Source: Thermoplasmatales archaeon SW_10_69_26 (lineage in GTDB: Archaea > Thermoplasmatota > SW-10-69-26). Taken from it: DNA of 64,000 bases. Of this stretch, positions 8,301 through 16,145 are shown piece by piece. A program made the translations under genes and the position numbers. Each line of letters opens with the position of its first letter. Position 1 is the stretch's first letter. Where the stretch lies: NCBI GenBank assembly GCA_003009755.1, contig PXUB01000043.1, positions 16,646 through 80,645 of the forward strand, written 5' to 3'. The notes beneath the pieces were generated by a model. That model saw nothing but the letters and a program-made list of their open reading frames with translations, was not told the DNA's origin and searched no databases.

Positions 8301-10323
8301 CACCCACCGCTCGATCACCGTCACTCCCGACCACGAGATCCTCGTCGAGCGCGAGGGCCAGCTCACCCACGTCCCCGCCAGCGAGGTCGAGGAGGGCGAT
8401 CAGGTCCCCGTGGGCACCAGCCTCCCCCGCGACCCGGACCGGCCCGCGTTCAACCTCGCCCGCCGACTGCACGCAGCCGCACCCGACGAGGCCCTCCGAC
8501 TGCGCGGGGCCGACGACTGGCTTCGCGGCAAGCTCGAGTCGTTGGGCCTCGACGAGGCCCAACGCCTCACCGACGCCGAGGACAGCCTCCGCAACTCTCC
8601 CGCCCGGTGGGCCCGATCGCTGCCGCTGGAACACTACGCCCACCTCGTCGAGGCCGGCCACGCCCGGTGGGACGAGATCCCCGACAGCGCCGAGGTCGGC
8701 ATCGAGCGCGACCACGCCCGTCTGCCCGCCTACCTGCAGGCCGACGACGAGCTCGCCCGGCTGCTCGGCCTGTACCTCTCCGAGGGCCACGCCCGATCCA
8801 CCGACTCGGCCCACCAACTGAGCTGGCGGGCCAACGAGCCCGAGCTGGGGGGCAAGGTCGAGAGCCTCGTCCGCCGCGTCTTCGGGATCGAGCCGACCGT
8901 CGAGGAGGACGGCACGACGGTCATGCTTTGTTCCAAGCTCGCCTACCTCCTCCTCGTCGAGATCTGGGAGACCGGCGAGGACGCCGAGGACAAGCGCGTC
9001 CCGGGCTGGTGCTTCGGACTCCCCGAGTCCGGGATCCAAGCGCTGCTCGGCGGGTTCTTCGACGGCGACGGCAGCCTCAACCACGACCCGCCTCGCCTGC
9101 GCTTCGCCAGCAAGAACCGACGACTCCTCGAGGACGTCGCCACGCTGTTGCAGGCCGTGGGCGTGTTCTCCCGCTTTAACCCCGGCTCGCCCCGCGAGCC
9201 CGGCACCTCCCTCGAACAGCGCTCCGAGGAGACCGACGCCGAAGCTCCCGACCCACTCGATCCGGTCCACCAGCTCGTGCTGACGGGCCGCGACATCAAG
9301 CTGTTCGCCTCGCTCGTCCACACCGACCACCCCACCAAGCGCGACCGCCTGGCGGCCCTCTCCGTCGAGCAGGACACCGGCCGATGGATCCAAGGCGGCG
9401 GCGTCACGGAGCAAGCCGACGAGCGCGCCCACCACCTCCTCGACCGCGTGGACAGCGTCGAGACCCGCGAGGCCGGCGACGAGCCCACCTACTGCCTCGA
9501 CATCGACACCGGCAGCGCGGACCTCGCCACCAAGAACGTGCTCCTCGGCAACGGTCTCTACCAGATCCGCTGCGACGGCGACGAGGACTGCCTGATGTTG
9601 CTGATGGACGGCCTGCTGAACTTCTCGCGGGCCTACCTGCCCAGCAACCGCGGCGGCCAGATGGACGCCCCGCTCACGCTGTCGATCCGCGTCGACCCCG
9701 AGGAGATCGACGGCGAGGCGCACAACGTCGAGACCGTCGAGGAGTACCCGCTGGCGTTCTTCGAAGCGACCCGCGAACACCCCGGCCCCAAGGAGGTCGC
9801 CGAGCACGTCGAGATCGTCGAGGACCGGCTGGGCACCCCCGAGCAGTACGACCGCCTGGCCGCCACCCACGACACCGCCAGTTTCGACGAAGGCCCCCGC
9901 CTATCCGCCTACAAGACGATCGACTCGATGGAGGAGAAGATGGAGGGCCAGCTCGGGCTCGCCGAGCGCCTACGCGCCGTCGACGCCGGCGACGTCGCCT
10001 CCCGCGTGATCTGCGACCACTTCATGCCGGACATCATCGGGAACCTCAAGGCCTTCTCCCGGCAGACCGTCCGCTGCGCCAAGTGCAACTCCAAGTACCG
10101 GCGCGTGCCGCTGTCCGGCCGCTGCCGCAAGTGCAAGAACAAGCTGACGATGACCGTGCACGAGGCCAGCGTCAAGAAGTACATCGACGTCGCGCGCGAG
10201 GTCGCGCGCAACTACGCCGTCGACGACTACACCCAGCAGCGGCTCGAGCTCGTCGAGGACTCGATCGAGAGCCTCTTCGAGAACGACAAGGTCGAGAAGG
10301 CGCAGCTCACCGACTTCATGTAG
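5353..10323 (+). CDS. polC: DNA polymerase D large subunit DP2 (polD2), intein-containing
   Basis: 'EGILVAPLEG', 'AGPIRAAGGT', 'GGFRLRYGR', 'RMGRPEKA', 'HAAKRRN|CDGDED' split by an intein, C-terminal Zn finger. Confidence 0.97.
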   Translation: MTSGYFDSQTTTPSIDPEDLDEHRIETDGVDVHAENLGAQRAYFERITEEAHRSFDIAKQARRRGFDPELEPEIPFAEDLASRVEALVGPEGVAERIRELADEYDRENLALTISKEIAEERFGEHEGPESALDQAIRTGLAILTEGILVAPLEGVAEVRVRENNDGTQYADVYFAGPIRAAGGTGQALSVLIADVVRRELGLGAWQATEAEVERMKEEVPAYKRAQGLQYTPPPEEIEAIIANLPVGVNGEGTESEEVSGYRDLPRVETNQLRGGACLVVAEGLTLKAPKILKHVDHLGLEGWGFLDQLVGGGDDEGDAGEDDTTEIKPVETFIKELTAGRPVFSHPMATGGFRLRYGRVRNAGLAATAVHPALTVLVDDFLAVGTQLKVERPGKGTIVTPCDEVEPPIVRLTDGTVREVDSVEEARELGITVDKILDLGEMLVPYGEFLENNKPLPRSAWCSEWWTKLLEDQGEDVPEIRDAQPALAFAVAEDTGTPLHPRFTLMWHDVDREAIVTLVDAMDEARLEAGRLVLPREEDVKHTLEALGATHEVTGDDELRLDPRCSVPVLRGAGYRVDEDQLVRAEEPPADLEDPQALAEHLSGVPLERKAPCRIGARMGRPEKAAEREMSPLVHGLFPIGNAGGLQRKIGDAANKGTIGSTGDEAFDTIDVGQRECSNCEIETLKLDCPECGGRTRPTDAEWPEPAEIELGDLVDEALDRLELNRLPDPVKGVQGLTSQRKLPEPIEKAILRAEHDVSAFKDGTCRHDMTDLPLTEFRPAEIGTPVEKLHELGYTHDVRGDELTDPDQLVDLHVQDVVVNEGALEYMARVADFVDDLLTRLYGIEAFYDLDDPEDLVGHLAVGLAPHTSGGVLCRIIGTTKAAGHFGHPFFHAAKRRNCFTGDTELLVYDDGEARKTRLDELVDPAVEDRGRPIDAHGTEAAEPDDELAVLSLDPDTGQPTRHPVTKLIRGRTQEWVEIETTTHRSITVTPDHEILVEREGQLTHVPASEVEEGDQVPVGTSLPRDPDRPAFNLARRLHAAAPDEALRLRGADDWLRGKLESLGLDEAQRLTDAEDSLRNSPARWARSLPLEHYAHLVEAGHARWDEIPDSAEVGIERDHARLPAYLQADDELARLLGLYLSEGHARSTDSAHQLSWRANEPELGGKVESLVRRVFGIEPTVEEDGTTVMLCSKLAYLLLVEIWETGEDAEDKRVPGWCFGLPESGIQALLGGFFDGDGSLNHDPPRLRFASKNRRLLEDVATLLQAVGVFSRFNPGSPREPGTSLEQRSEETDAEAPDPLDPVHQLVLTGRDIKLFASLVHTDHPTKRDRLAALSVEQDTGRWIQGGGVTEQADERAHHLLDRVDSVETREAGDEPTYCLDIDTGSADLATKNVLLGNGLYQIRCDGDEDCLMLLMDGLLNFSRAYLPSNRGGQMDAPLTLSIRVDPEEIDGEAHNVETVEEYPLAFFEATREHPGPKEVAEHVEIVEDRLGTPEQYDRLAATHDTASFDEGPRLSAYKTIDSMEEKMEGQLGLAERLRAVDAGDVASRVICDHFMPDIIGNLKAFSRQTVRCAKCNSKYRRVPLSGRCRKCKNKLTMTVHEASVKKYIDVAREVARNYAVDDYTQQRLELVEDSIESLFENDKVEKAQLTDFM
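8050..9570 (+). mobile_element. Intein (507 aa) with LAGLIDADG homing endonuclease in DP2; non-canonical C-terminus
   Basis: Starts CFTGDT after KRRN; block B 'ITVTPDH'; EN motifs 'LLGLYLSEG' and 'LLGGFFDGDGS'; block F 'TYCLDI'; ends 'NGLYQIR' before extein CDGDED. Confidence 0.9.
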
Positions 10324-10345
10324 CTCGGGGAGGTCGGCTGCCTCG

Positions 10346-10591
10346 GAAAATTTCCGCTTCTGCGGTGTCCGCGTCATGTGGTGGGCGAGGAAATTTTCAT
10401 CAAAACGGGGGGCAGCGGTATACCCGTAGCCCCCCGGACGAACGCCGTTACCGTGAGCCGATGACACAGAAAATTTCCGCTTCTACGGTGTCCGCGTCAC
10501 GCGGTGGGCCAGGAATTCCTCGTCAAAACGGGGGGCAGCGGTATACCCGTAGCCCCCCGGACGAACTCCGCTACCGTCGGCCGATGGCCCA
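10346..10591 (+). repeat. Two tandem 123-bp copies (B, C) of the dispersed repeat family
   Basis: GAAAATTTCCGCTTCT.CGGTGTCCGCGTCA at 10346 and 10469 (period 123), each with CAAAACGGGGGGCAGCGGTATACCCGTAGCCCCCCGGACGAAC. Confidence 0.9.
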
Positions 10592-10780
10592 GACCCTTGC
10601 TGTATCCCTCTCCATCTCCCCGTCTCTGTGCCTCCGTGATAGGCGTACCCACCGCGACCGTGTTGTTCGTCAACCGGACGCCGCCTCCCGTCGGCCGGGG
10701 CGCGGAGCCGTCCCAGGAATGAACCGTCCGCAGGGAACGTACCGCGTAACAGCCTTAAGAGGAGCCGGGATAAGGCCGAC

Positions 10781-12238
10781 GTGATGACCTGGGACGGCCC
10801 CCTCGATCGCGTCGACGAGTACACGTACGAGATCCCCGCCTCGTACAAGAAGGAGATGCGCGTCCCCGGGCGGGTGTACGCCAGCGAGGGGATGCTCGAC
10901 CAGATCCTCGAGGACAACGCGATGGAGCAGGTCGCCAACGTCGCGACGCTGCCCGGCATCGTGGACGCCTCGATGGCGATGCCCGACATCCACTGGGGCT
11001 ACGGCTTCCCCATCGGCGGGGTCGCTGCCTTCGACGTCGAGGAGGGCATCATCAGCCCCGGCGGCGTCGGCTACGACATCAACTGCGGCGTCCGCCTCGT
11101 CCGCACCGGCCTCACCGCCGACGAGGTCGAACCCAAGATCGACGAGCTCATCGACACGCTGTTCGCGTACTGCCCCTCCGGCGTCGGCGAGGACTCCCAG
11201 GTCTCGTTCTCCAAGAGCGAACTCGAGGACATCCTCACCCACGGCGTCCCCCACCTCGTCGAGCAAGGCTACGGCTGGGAGGACGACCCGGCGCACATCG
11301 AGCACGACGGCGCCCACCCCGACGCTGCGCACGAGTACGCCTCCAAGAAGGCCAAGGAGCGCGGCCGCACCCAGATCGGCACGCTGGGCGCCGGCAACCA
11401 CTTCCTCGAGATCCAGCAGGTCGGCGACATCGTCCGCTCCGAGGAAGCCGAGGCCTTCGGCTTCACCGAGCCCGGCCAGATCGTGTTGATGATCCACTCC
11501 GGCTCGCGCGGCTTCGGCCACCAGGTCTGCACCGACTACCTCAAGCGCATGGAGCGCTCGCGCGAGGGCATGGCAGACGAGCTCGTCGACAAGCAGCTCG
11601 CCTGCGCCCCCTTCACCAGCGACGTCGGCCAACACTACTACGGCGCGATGTGCGCGGCGATCAACTACGCGTTCGCCAACCGCCAGATGCTGACCCACCA
11701 GGCCCGGCAAGCCTTCGGCGACGTCTTCGGCGAAGGCCCCGACCGGCTCGGCATGGACATCGTCTACGACGTCGCCCACAACATCGCCAAGCGCGAAACC
11801 CACCAGGTCGACGGCGGAGAGCGCGACGTGCTCGTCCACCGCAAGGGCGCCACGCGCGCGTACCCGTCCGGCCACGTCGACGTCTCCGGGGACTACCGCG
11901 ACGTCGGCCAGCCGGTGATCATCCCCGGCTCGATGGGCACCTGCTCGTGGGTGCTCGCCGGCGAGCACGGCTCGATGAAGCGCTCGTTCGGCTCCACCTG
12001 CCACGGCGCCGGCCGCAAGATGTCCCGCACCGAGGCCAAGAACACCTGGCGAGGCCGGACCCTCGTCGAGGACCTCGGCGACCGCGGCATCAAGGTCAAG
12101 CCTGCCAGCATGCGCGTCGCCGCCGAGGAGGCCCCCGGCGCCTACAAGGACGTCTCCGGCGTCGTCGACACCTGCGAGGGCCTGGGCATCTCGAAGAAGG
12201 TCACCAAGCTCGACCCCGTCGGCGTCATCAAGGGCTGA
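10781..12238 (+). CDS. rtcB: RtcB tRNA-splicing/RNA ligase
   Basis: 'MPDIHWGYGFPIGGV', 'GYDINCGVR', 'GTLGAGNHFLE', 'HSGSRG', 'HRKGAT', 'STCHGAGR', 'EEAPGAYK'. Confidence 0.97.
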   Translation: MMTWDGPLDRVDEYTYEIPASYKKEMRVPGRVYASEGMLDQILEDNAMEQVANVATLPGIVDASMAMPDIHWGYGFPIGGVAAFDVEEGIISPGGVGYDINCGVRLVRTGLTADEVEPKIDELIDTLFAYCPSGVGEDSQVSFSKSELEDILTHGVPHLVEQGYGWEDDPAHIEHDGAHPDAAHEYASKKAKERGRTQIGTLGAGNHFLEIQQVGDIVRSEEAEAFGFTEPGQIVLMIHSGSRGFGHQVCTDYLKRMERSREGMADELVDKQLACAPFTSDVGQHYYGAMCAAINYAFANRQMLTHQARQAFGDVFGEGPDRLGMDIVYDVAHNIAKRETHQVDGGERDVLVHRKGATRAYPSGHVDVSGDYRDVGQPVIIPGSMGTCSWVLAGEHGSMKRSFGSTCHGAGRKMSRTEAKNTWRGRTLVEDLGDRGIKVKPASMRVAAEEAPGAYKDVSGVVDTCEGLGISKKVTKLDPVGVIKG

Positions 12239-12294
12239 AGATTTTCTTTTTCTAGGGGCCTTGGCGCCTCTCGACCGGGGAAAAGAAGATCTTC
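12237..12294. repeat. Palindromic terminator-like element after rtcB
   Basis: GAAGATTTTCTTTTT...GAAAAGAAGATCTTC inverted arms around core GGGGCCTTGGCGCCTCTCGA; related copy at 25480. Confidence 0.6.
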
Positions 12295-12587
12295 GCCGTA
12301 AAGGAAAACCCCGGTCGAGAGCGATGCAGGCCCCATCGGCGTTGGTCTTTGACGCGGTTGGATCTTCGCGCAGGACTATCGTCACCTGACGGGCTGACCG
12401 TGCTCGAAGGTCTCGACGCCTGACCATCTCTCGGGAAAAGAGGCGTTCCGGCATGGCCGAGCAACGGGCCCGCCGATCCGTCGTCGGGCCAACGATGCTC
12501 GCGATCGCCGCGCGCCGTGTGAGGCCATACCTCGGACGTGGCAGAAGAACGAAAAGAGTGCAAGGGCGGACCACGGTGGGGCATACC

Positions 12588-13289
12588 ATGAGAGATGCGC
12601 TGATCGTCGTCTCGGAAGAGGGGTACTGGGGCGAAGAGCTGCTGGAGACGCTCGAAGGTCTCGACGACGCGGGCTTCGACGTCGAGATCGCCACGCCCAG
12701 CGGTCGCTACCCGCTGGTCGACCCCCGCAGCGCCGACCCGAACGAGGTCGGGGCCCTGATGGCCGAGCGCGTCGAGGAGCTGGAGGACGACCCCCGGCTC
12801 GAGGATCCCACACCGCTGCACGAGACCAGCGCCGACGACGTCGACGCCGTCGTCTTCCCCGGCGGTCACGGCACCGTCTGGGACGTCAACTAGGACGCCG
12901 ACGCCCGCCGCCTGCTACGCGAGGCCGTCGAAGGGCCCGCCCGGGCGCTCGTCGTCTGCCACGCCGTCGGCCTCGTCGCCTTCACCCGGATGAGGGACGG
13001 GTCCCTGCTAGCCGAGGGTCGCGAGGTCACCGGCTTCCCGAACGCCTGGGAGGACGAGATCGTCGACGAGAACGAGTGCATGCCCGACGGCACCAAGCTG
13101 CCCTACCGCATCGAGGACGAGATCAAGGCCGCCGACGGCAAGTGGGACGCCCAGATCAGCGAGGACACGAGCGTCAAGGTCGACGGCGACCTCGTCACCT
13201 CCCGCGGCCCGGCCAGCAGCGAGGAGGCGATCAACACGCTGCTCGACGAGATGGGTATCGAACGCGGAAGCGGCGAGGACCACGAGTGA
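12588..13289 (+). pseudogene. DJ-1/PfpI (type 1 glutamine amidotransferase-like) gene with in-frame TAG
   Basis: 'GYWGEE', 'FPGGHGTVWDVN*DADARRLL..VVCHAVG..VTGFPN..DGDLVTSRGP' in one frame; TAG at 12891-12893 lies upstream of the catalytic Cys-His. Confidence 0.85.
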
Positions 13290-13366
13290 CCTCGTCGGAA
13301 CCCGTCCGGTGACGATCGTCCTGTGCGGAGGCGGCGGATCCGCGGGGCCGGGAGCGATCGACGACG

Positions 13367-13795
13367 CTATCGTTCCGCCGGGTCGTCGAGGTCCAAGCCC
13401 TCCTCCCGCAACAGCTCGCGGACCCGCAGCCCCAGGTCGTCGCGGGCCCGGCGGAACGCCGCCAACTGCCCGCCCTCTGGATTGTCGATCTCCCACTGCT
13501 CCGGCGAGAGACCCTCGAAGATCGGATCGTCGACGAGACCGGGTCCGATGGCCACGACGGCGTCGGCGGCCTCCAGCTGGGCCCGCTGCACGGGGGCGGG
13601 CGCGATCCCGGTTGTGTCGATCCCGACCTCCCGAAGCGCCGTCAACGCACCCGGCAGGATCCGCCCATCGGGGTTGGTGCCCGCGCTGGCAGCCGCGACC
13701 TCGGGCGAGACCCCCTCCGCGATCGCCGCCGCCATCGGGCTCAACGCGTTGCACCGCTGGCACACGAACGCCAGCTCGACCCCCGACTCCGGCAT
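13367..13795 (-). CDS. LMW phosphotyrosine phosphatase/ArsC-like protein with degenerate P-loop
   Basis: 'FVCQRCNALSPMAAA', 'SAGTNP', 'LREVGID', 'WEIDNP..FRRARD'; the canonical C-x5-R Arg is absent. Confidence 0.7.
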   Translation of the reverse strand: MPESGVELAFVCQRCNALSPMAAAIAEGVSPEVAAASAGTNPDGRILPGALTALREVGIDTTGIAPAPVQRAQLEAADAVVAIGPGLVDDPIFEGLSPEQWEIDNPEGGQLAAFRRARDDLGLRVRELLREEGLDLDDPAER

Positions 13796-13889
13796 GAGAC
13801 CATCAACGACCGCCGACGGCAAGAGCGTTCCGAACCCCTCGGCGCGAGATGGCAGGCTTTTTCAGTCCTGTCGTCGCTCCACTTTCCGC

Positions 13890-14171
13890 ATGGGGGAGCA
13901 GGTTTCTTTCGCCTCGACGGGGGTCCTCGCCCTCGTCGCCGCGGTCGTTCTCGTCCCGATCGCCATCGTGCAGGTCCTCGGAGCTGGGCTCACGGAAGGC
14001 CTGCTCGTCGCGCTCGTCGTGGTCCCCATCCTCCTGGCGGCCCTCTGGGTGTACGTCGACGCTCGTCGGCGAGCCGACGACCACGCCTGGCTGTGGACGA
14101 TTGTCACGCTGGCGTTGCCGCTCGTCGGCCTGATCGTCTACCTGGGCGTCCGGGCGATCGACACCCGCTAG
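13890..14171 (+). CDS. Small membrane protein (PLDc N-terminal-like)
   Basis: Three hydrophobic segments; 'LWVYVDARRR..AWLW..LPLVGLIVYL'. Confidence 0.7.
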   Translation: MGEQVSFASTGVLALVAAVVLVPIAIVQVLGAGLTEGLLVALVVVPILLAALWVYVDARRRADDHAWLWTIVTLALPLVGLIVYLGVRAIDTR

Positions 14172-14479
14172 ACTATCGGTTTTGTTTTGCTTACGCCCCC
14201 GCGCCGGTCTCGGGAGACCGGGTACGGTCTCCCGAGAGGACGAGCTCGGAGGGCTCGTGCGAGGGAGAGTGGCAAGGTCGCGGAGCCCGAGGACGGGAAC
14301 CCTCGAGGGTTGTCGACGGACACTGCCCGAAACAGCGATCCGGGCGAATCCAGCGATCGGTCACCGGCCGATCGGTGGAGAATACGGATCTCCGATTCGT
14401 GTGAACCGTCGTCTCGGCTTCGCGTTTTCACCGCCTGAGGCCGAGCGAGAGCTTACCCCAAGCACAGCCGGCAGTCTAG
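14168..14479. mobile_element. MITE-like non-autonomous element, CTAG-flanked, ~22-bp imperfect TIRs
   Basis: Left CTAGACTATCGGTTTTGTTTTG vs right (reverse complement) CTAGACTGCCGGCTGTGCTTGG; second copy of the right ~143 bp at 63794; internal hairpins; no transposase. Confidence 0.75.
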
Positions 14480-14538
14480 TCCTCGGCCGGCTCGGCCACG
14501 CCAAGGGGCTCAAGTAGGGGCGGACGGCTGGCTACCTC

Positions 14539-15183
14539 GTGTCCGCCCGGAAGCCTCCCTCCTCGCTCGGCGACCTCGCCATCTCGATCGAGCAGCGCGA
14601 AGACGGACTCCGCATCCTCGAGGACGAGGTCTCGATCGCCGTCGACTTCGACGGTGTCCTCTTCGAGCAATCTCGCCACGTGCGCGATCTCTTCCAGGAG
14701 GTCCACGGGATCGATCCCGGCCCGGTCGACGAGTGGCCCTGCGAGCTCACCGAGCACCCGCCGATCAAGGACGAGGGCCTGACCAAGGAGGACACCTGGG
14801 AGGTCTTCCACGCCGTCCACAACGATATCGAGCGGCACCGCGACGACCCGCTCGACCCCGACACGACGACGGTGCTGGCCGAGCTCCGAGCTGCGGGTCA
14901 CGAGGTCGAGATCGTCACCGCTCGCGATCCAGTCAGCCGCGAGCCGACCCGCTTCTTCCTCGAACGCAACGAGATCCCCCACGACCGACTCGTCATGGGG
15001 GACAACGCGAAGACCGGCTGGGACGTGCTCGTCGACGACCTCCCCCCGCACGTCGAGCGCGTCGCCGCCGACGGCTCGCTGGGCCTCCTGCACGACCAAC
15101 CGTACAACCGGGCCTACGAGACCGACGGCAACCCTCGCCGGGTCGCCTCCTTCGAGGAGCTTGGGGCCCTGTTCGGCCACTGA
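14539..15183 (+). CDS. HAD-superfamily 5'(3')-deoxyribonucleotidase-like protein
   Basis: Motif I 'IAVDFDGVL', 'IVTAR', 'K..WDVLVDD', 'QPYNR'; start uncertain. Confidence 0.8.
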   Translation: MSARKPPSSLGDLAISIEQREDGLRILEDEVSIAVDFDGVLFEQSRHVRDLFQEVHGIDPGPVDEWPCELTEHPPIKDEGLTKEDTWEVFHAVHNDIERHRDDPLDPDTTTVLAELRAAGHEVEIVTARDPVSREPTRFFLERNEIPHDRLVMGDNAKTGWDVLVDDLPPHVERVAADGSLGLLHDQPYNRAYETDGNPRRVASFEELGALFGH

Positions 15184-15281
15184 TCCTCCCGGCTGTGGCC
15201 ACCGCTTCCCGGCCCGCTCCACCGGAACCGCACGACGTAAGTGCCTACCGGGTCGGGGCTCGCCACGGGTAAGGGCACCGA

Positions 15282-15296
15282 CGGAAGTGACTTATG
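15282..15296 (+). promoter_or_regulatory. BRE/TATA-like promoter of the ncRNA candidate
   Basis: CGGAAGtgacTTATG; TTAT at 15292, ~27 nt upstream of the predicted RNA 5' end, the spacing seen for leaderless genes in this window. Confidence 0.55.
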
Positions 15297-15318
15297 CGAG
15301 TAGGCTCCATATATGGTT

Positions 15319-16043
15319 GTCCGCGTCGTGTAGGACGCGTGGACGGTCCGACCTCTCGCGTTGGTTGGTCCCCGCGGCGGGTTCGCCCGCCGGAGAGCGC
15401 GCTCGCGAGGGTGCGCGATGGGGCCAGGCGGGATCGGCTCACAGCCGATACCGTCGGACGGTGGAGCCCCGGTTCGCCGGGCGTGCCGCTGGCCACCCGG
15501 ACACATCCGTGTCCGCGGGCTACCCGTCAGGGTCCGGGCGTCGCAGGCGCCCTCAAGCCCGCACGCGAAGAACGGCGTGTCGATCGAGGCGTGCGCTCCC
15601 GCGCGCGTCGAGAGAGCACGTGCGGAGGGCCGTGAAGCAAGGCCCCGGTTCGCCGGGGCAAGGAGGTGTGCCGAAACGGCGAACCTCTCGAGCTGACCGG
15701 CCGGTCTTCGGCGTGCGAACCGGGAAGGGCTCGCGCCCGTTCCGGGTGCCCGCCTCTTGGGTGGGCGAGGCGTGGTGAGCTTCGCGCTGGCCACGCAACA
15801 AGGGCCGCAAGGCCCGCGGGCCGACCGGAGATCGGTCGTTCCGTGGCACGCACCCGCATCTGCCTGACACCGAGCGATCGGTGCTCCTGCGGGTCGACCG
15901 TGCAGCCGCCCGGGTCTGTCCCGCTTCGCGGGAAGGGGCCCGAAGGCAGCGGTCCCGTGGCCGCCTTCGATGGTCGCGGAGACGTTCGGAGAGGAGTCCG
16001 AGCGGGTCAAGCCCGCTCCCGCCACGCGTCCGCGCGGTGCGGC
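15319..16043 (+). ncRNA. Large (~725 nt) highly structured non-coding RNA of unassigned class
   Basis: 5' end 15321-15342 pairs with 3' end 16022-16042 (21 bp, 4 G.U, one A bulge); GUUCGC loops at 15382, 15473, 15649; GNRA loops at 15405, 15807, 15874; followed by TTTT at 16044; no credible ORF. Confidence 0.78.
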
Positions 16044-16054
16044 TTTTCCTCCCC

Positions 16055-16145
16055 ACCTCTGCTCCCTCAGGGACTCCCGCCGCGAGGGCCTTCGGCTCGC
16101 CCGGTGGGAGGCCCTCGCTCGGTCCGTCCCTTCGGTCGCAGAGGT
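16055..16145. repeat. Nested ~90-nt hairpin (palindromic element or terminator)
   Basis: ACCTCTGC/GCAGAGGT, AGGGAC/GTCCCT and GCGAGGGCCTTC/GGAGGCCCTCGC nested inverted repeats. Confidence 0.55.

Noticed and set aside
4942-9870. 1642-aa minus-strand ORF and other long antisense ORFs (e.g. 16771-20781, 26368-30591, 56188-59121)
   Set aside because: Shadow or off-frame ORFs of real genes in high-GC DNA; no recognisable motifs.
12402-12418. 17-bp GCTCGAAGGTCTCGACG repeated at 12650 inside the DJ-1 gene
   Set aside because: Single short match; too little to interpret.
15319-16043. RNase P RNA or SRP RNA as the identity of the structured RNA
   Set aside because: GAAACGGCGAACCTC near 15673 resembles an RNase P segment, but I find no GAGGAAAGUCC or ACAGAA..GCUUA P4 motifs and no SRP helix-8 motif, and the length is too great. 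A cmscan run would settle it.
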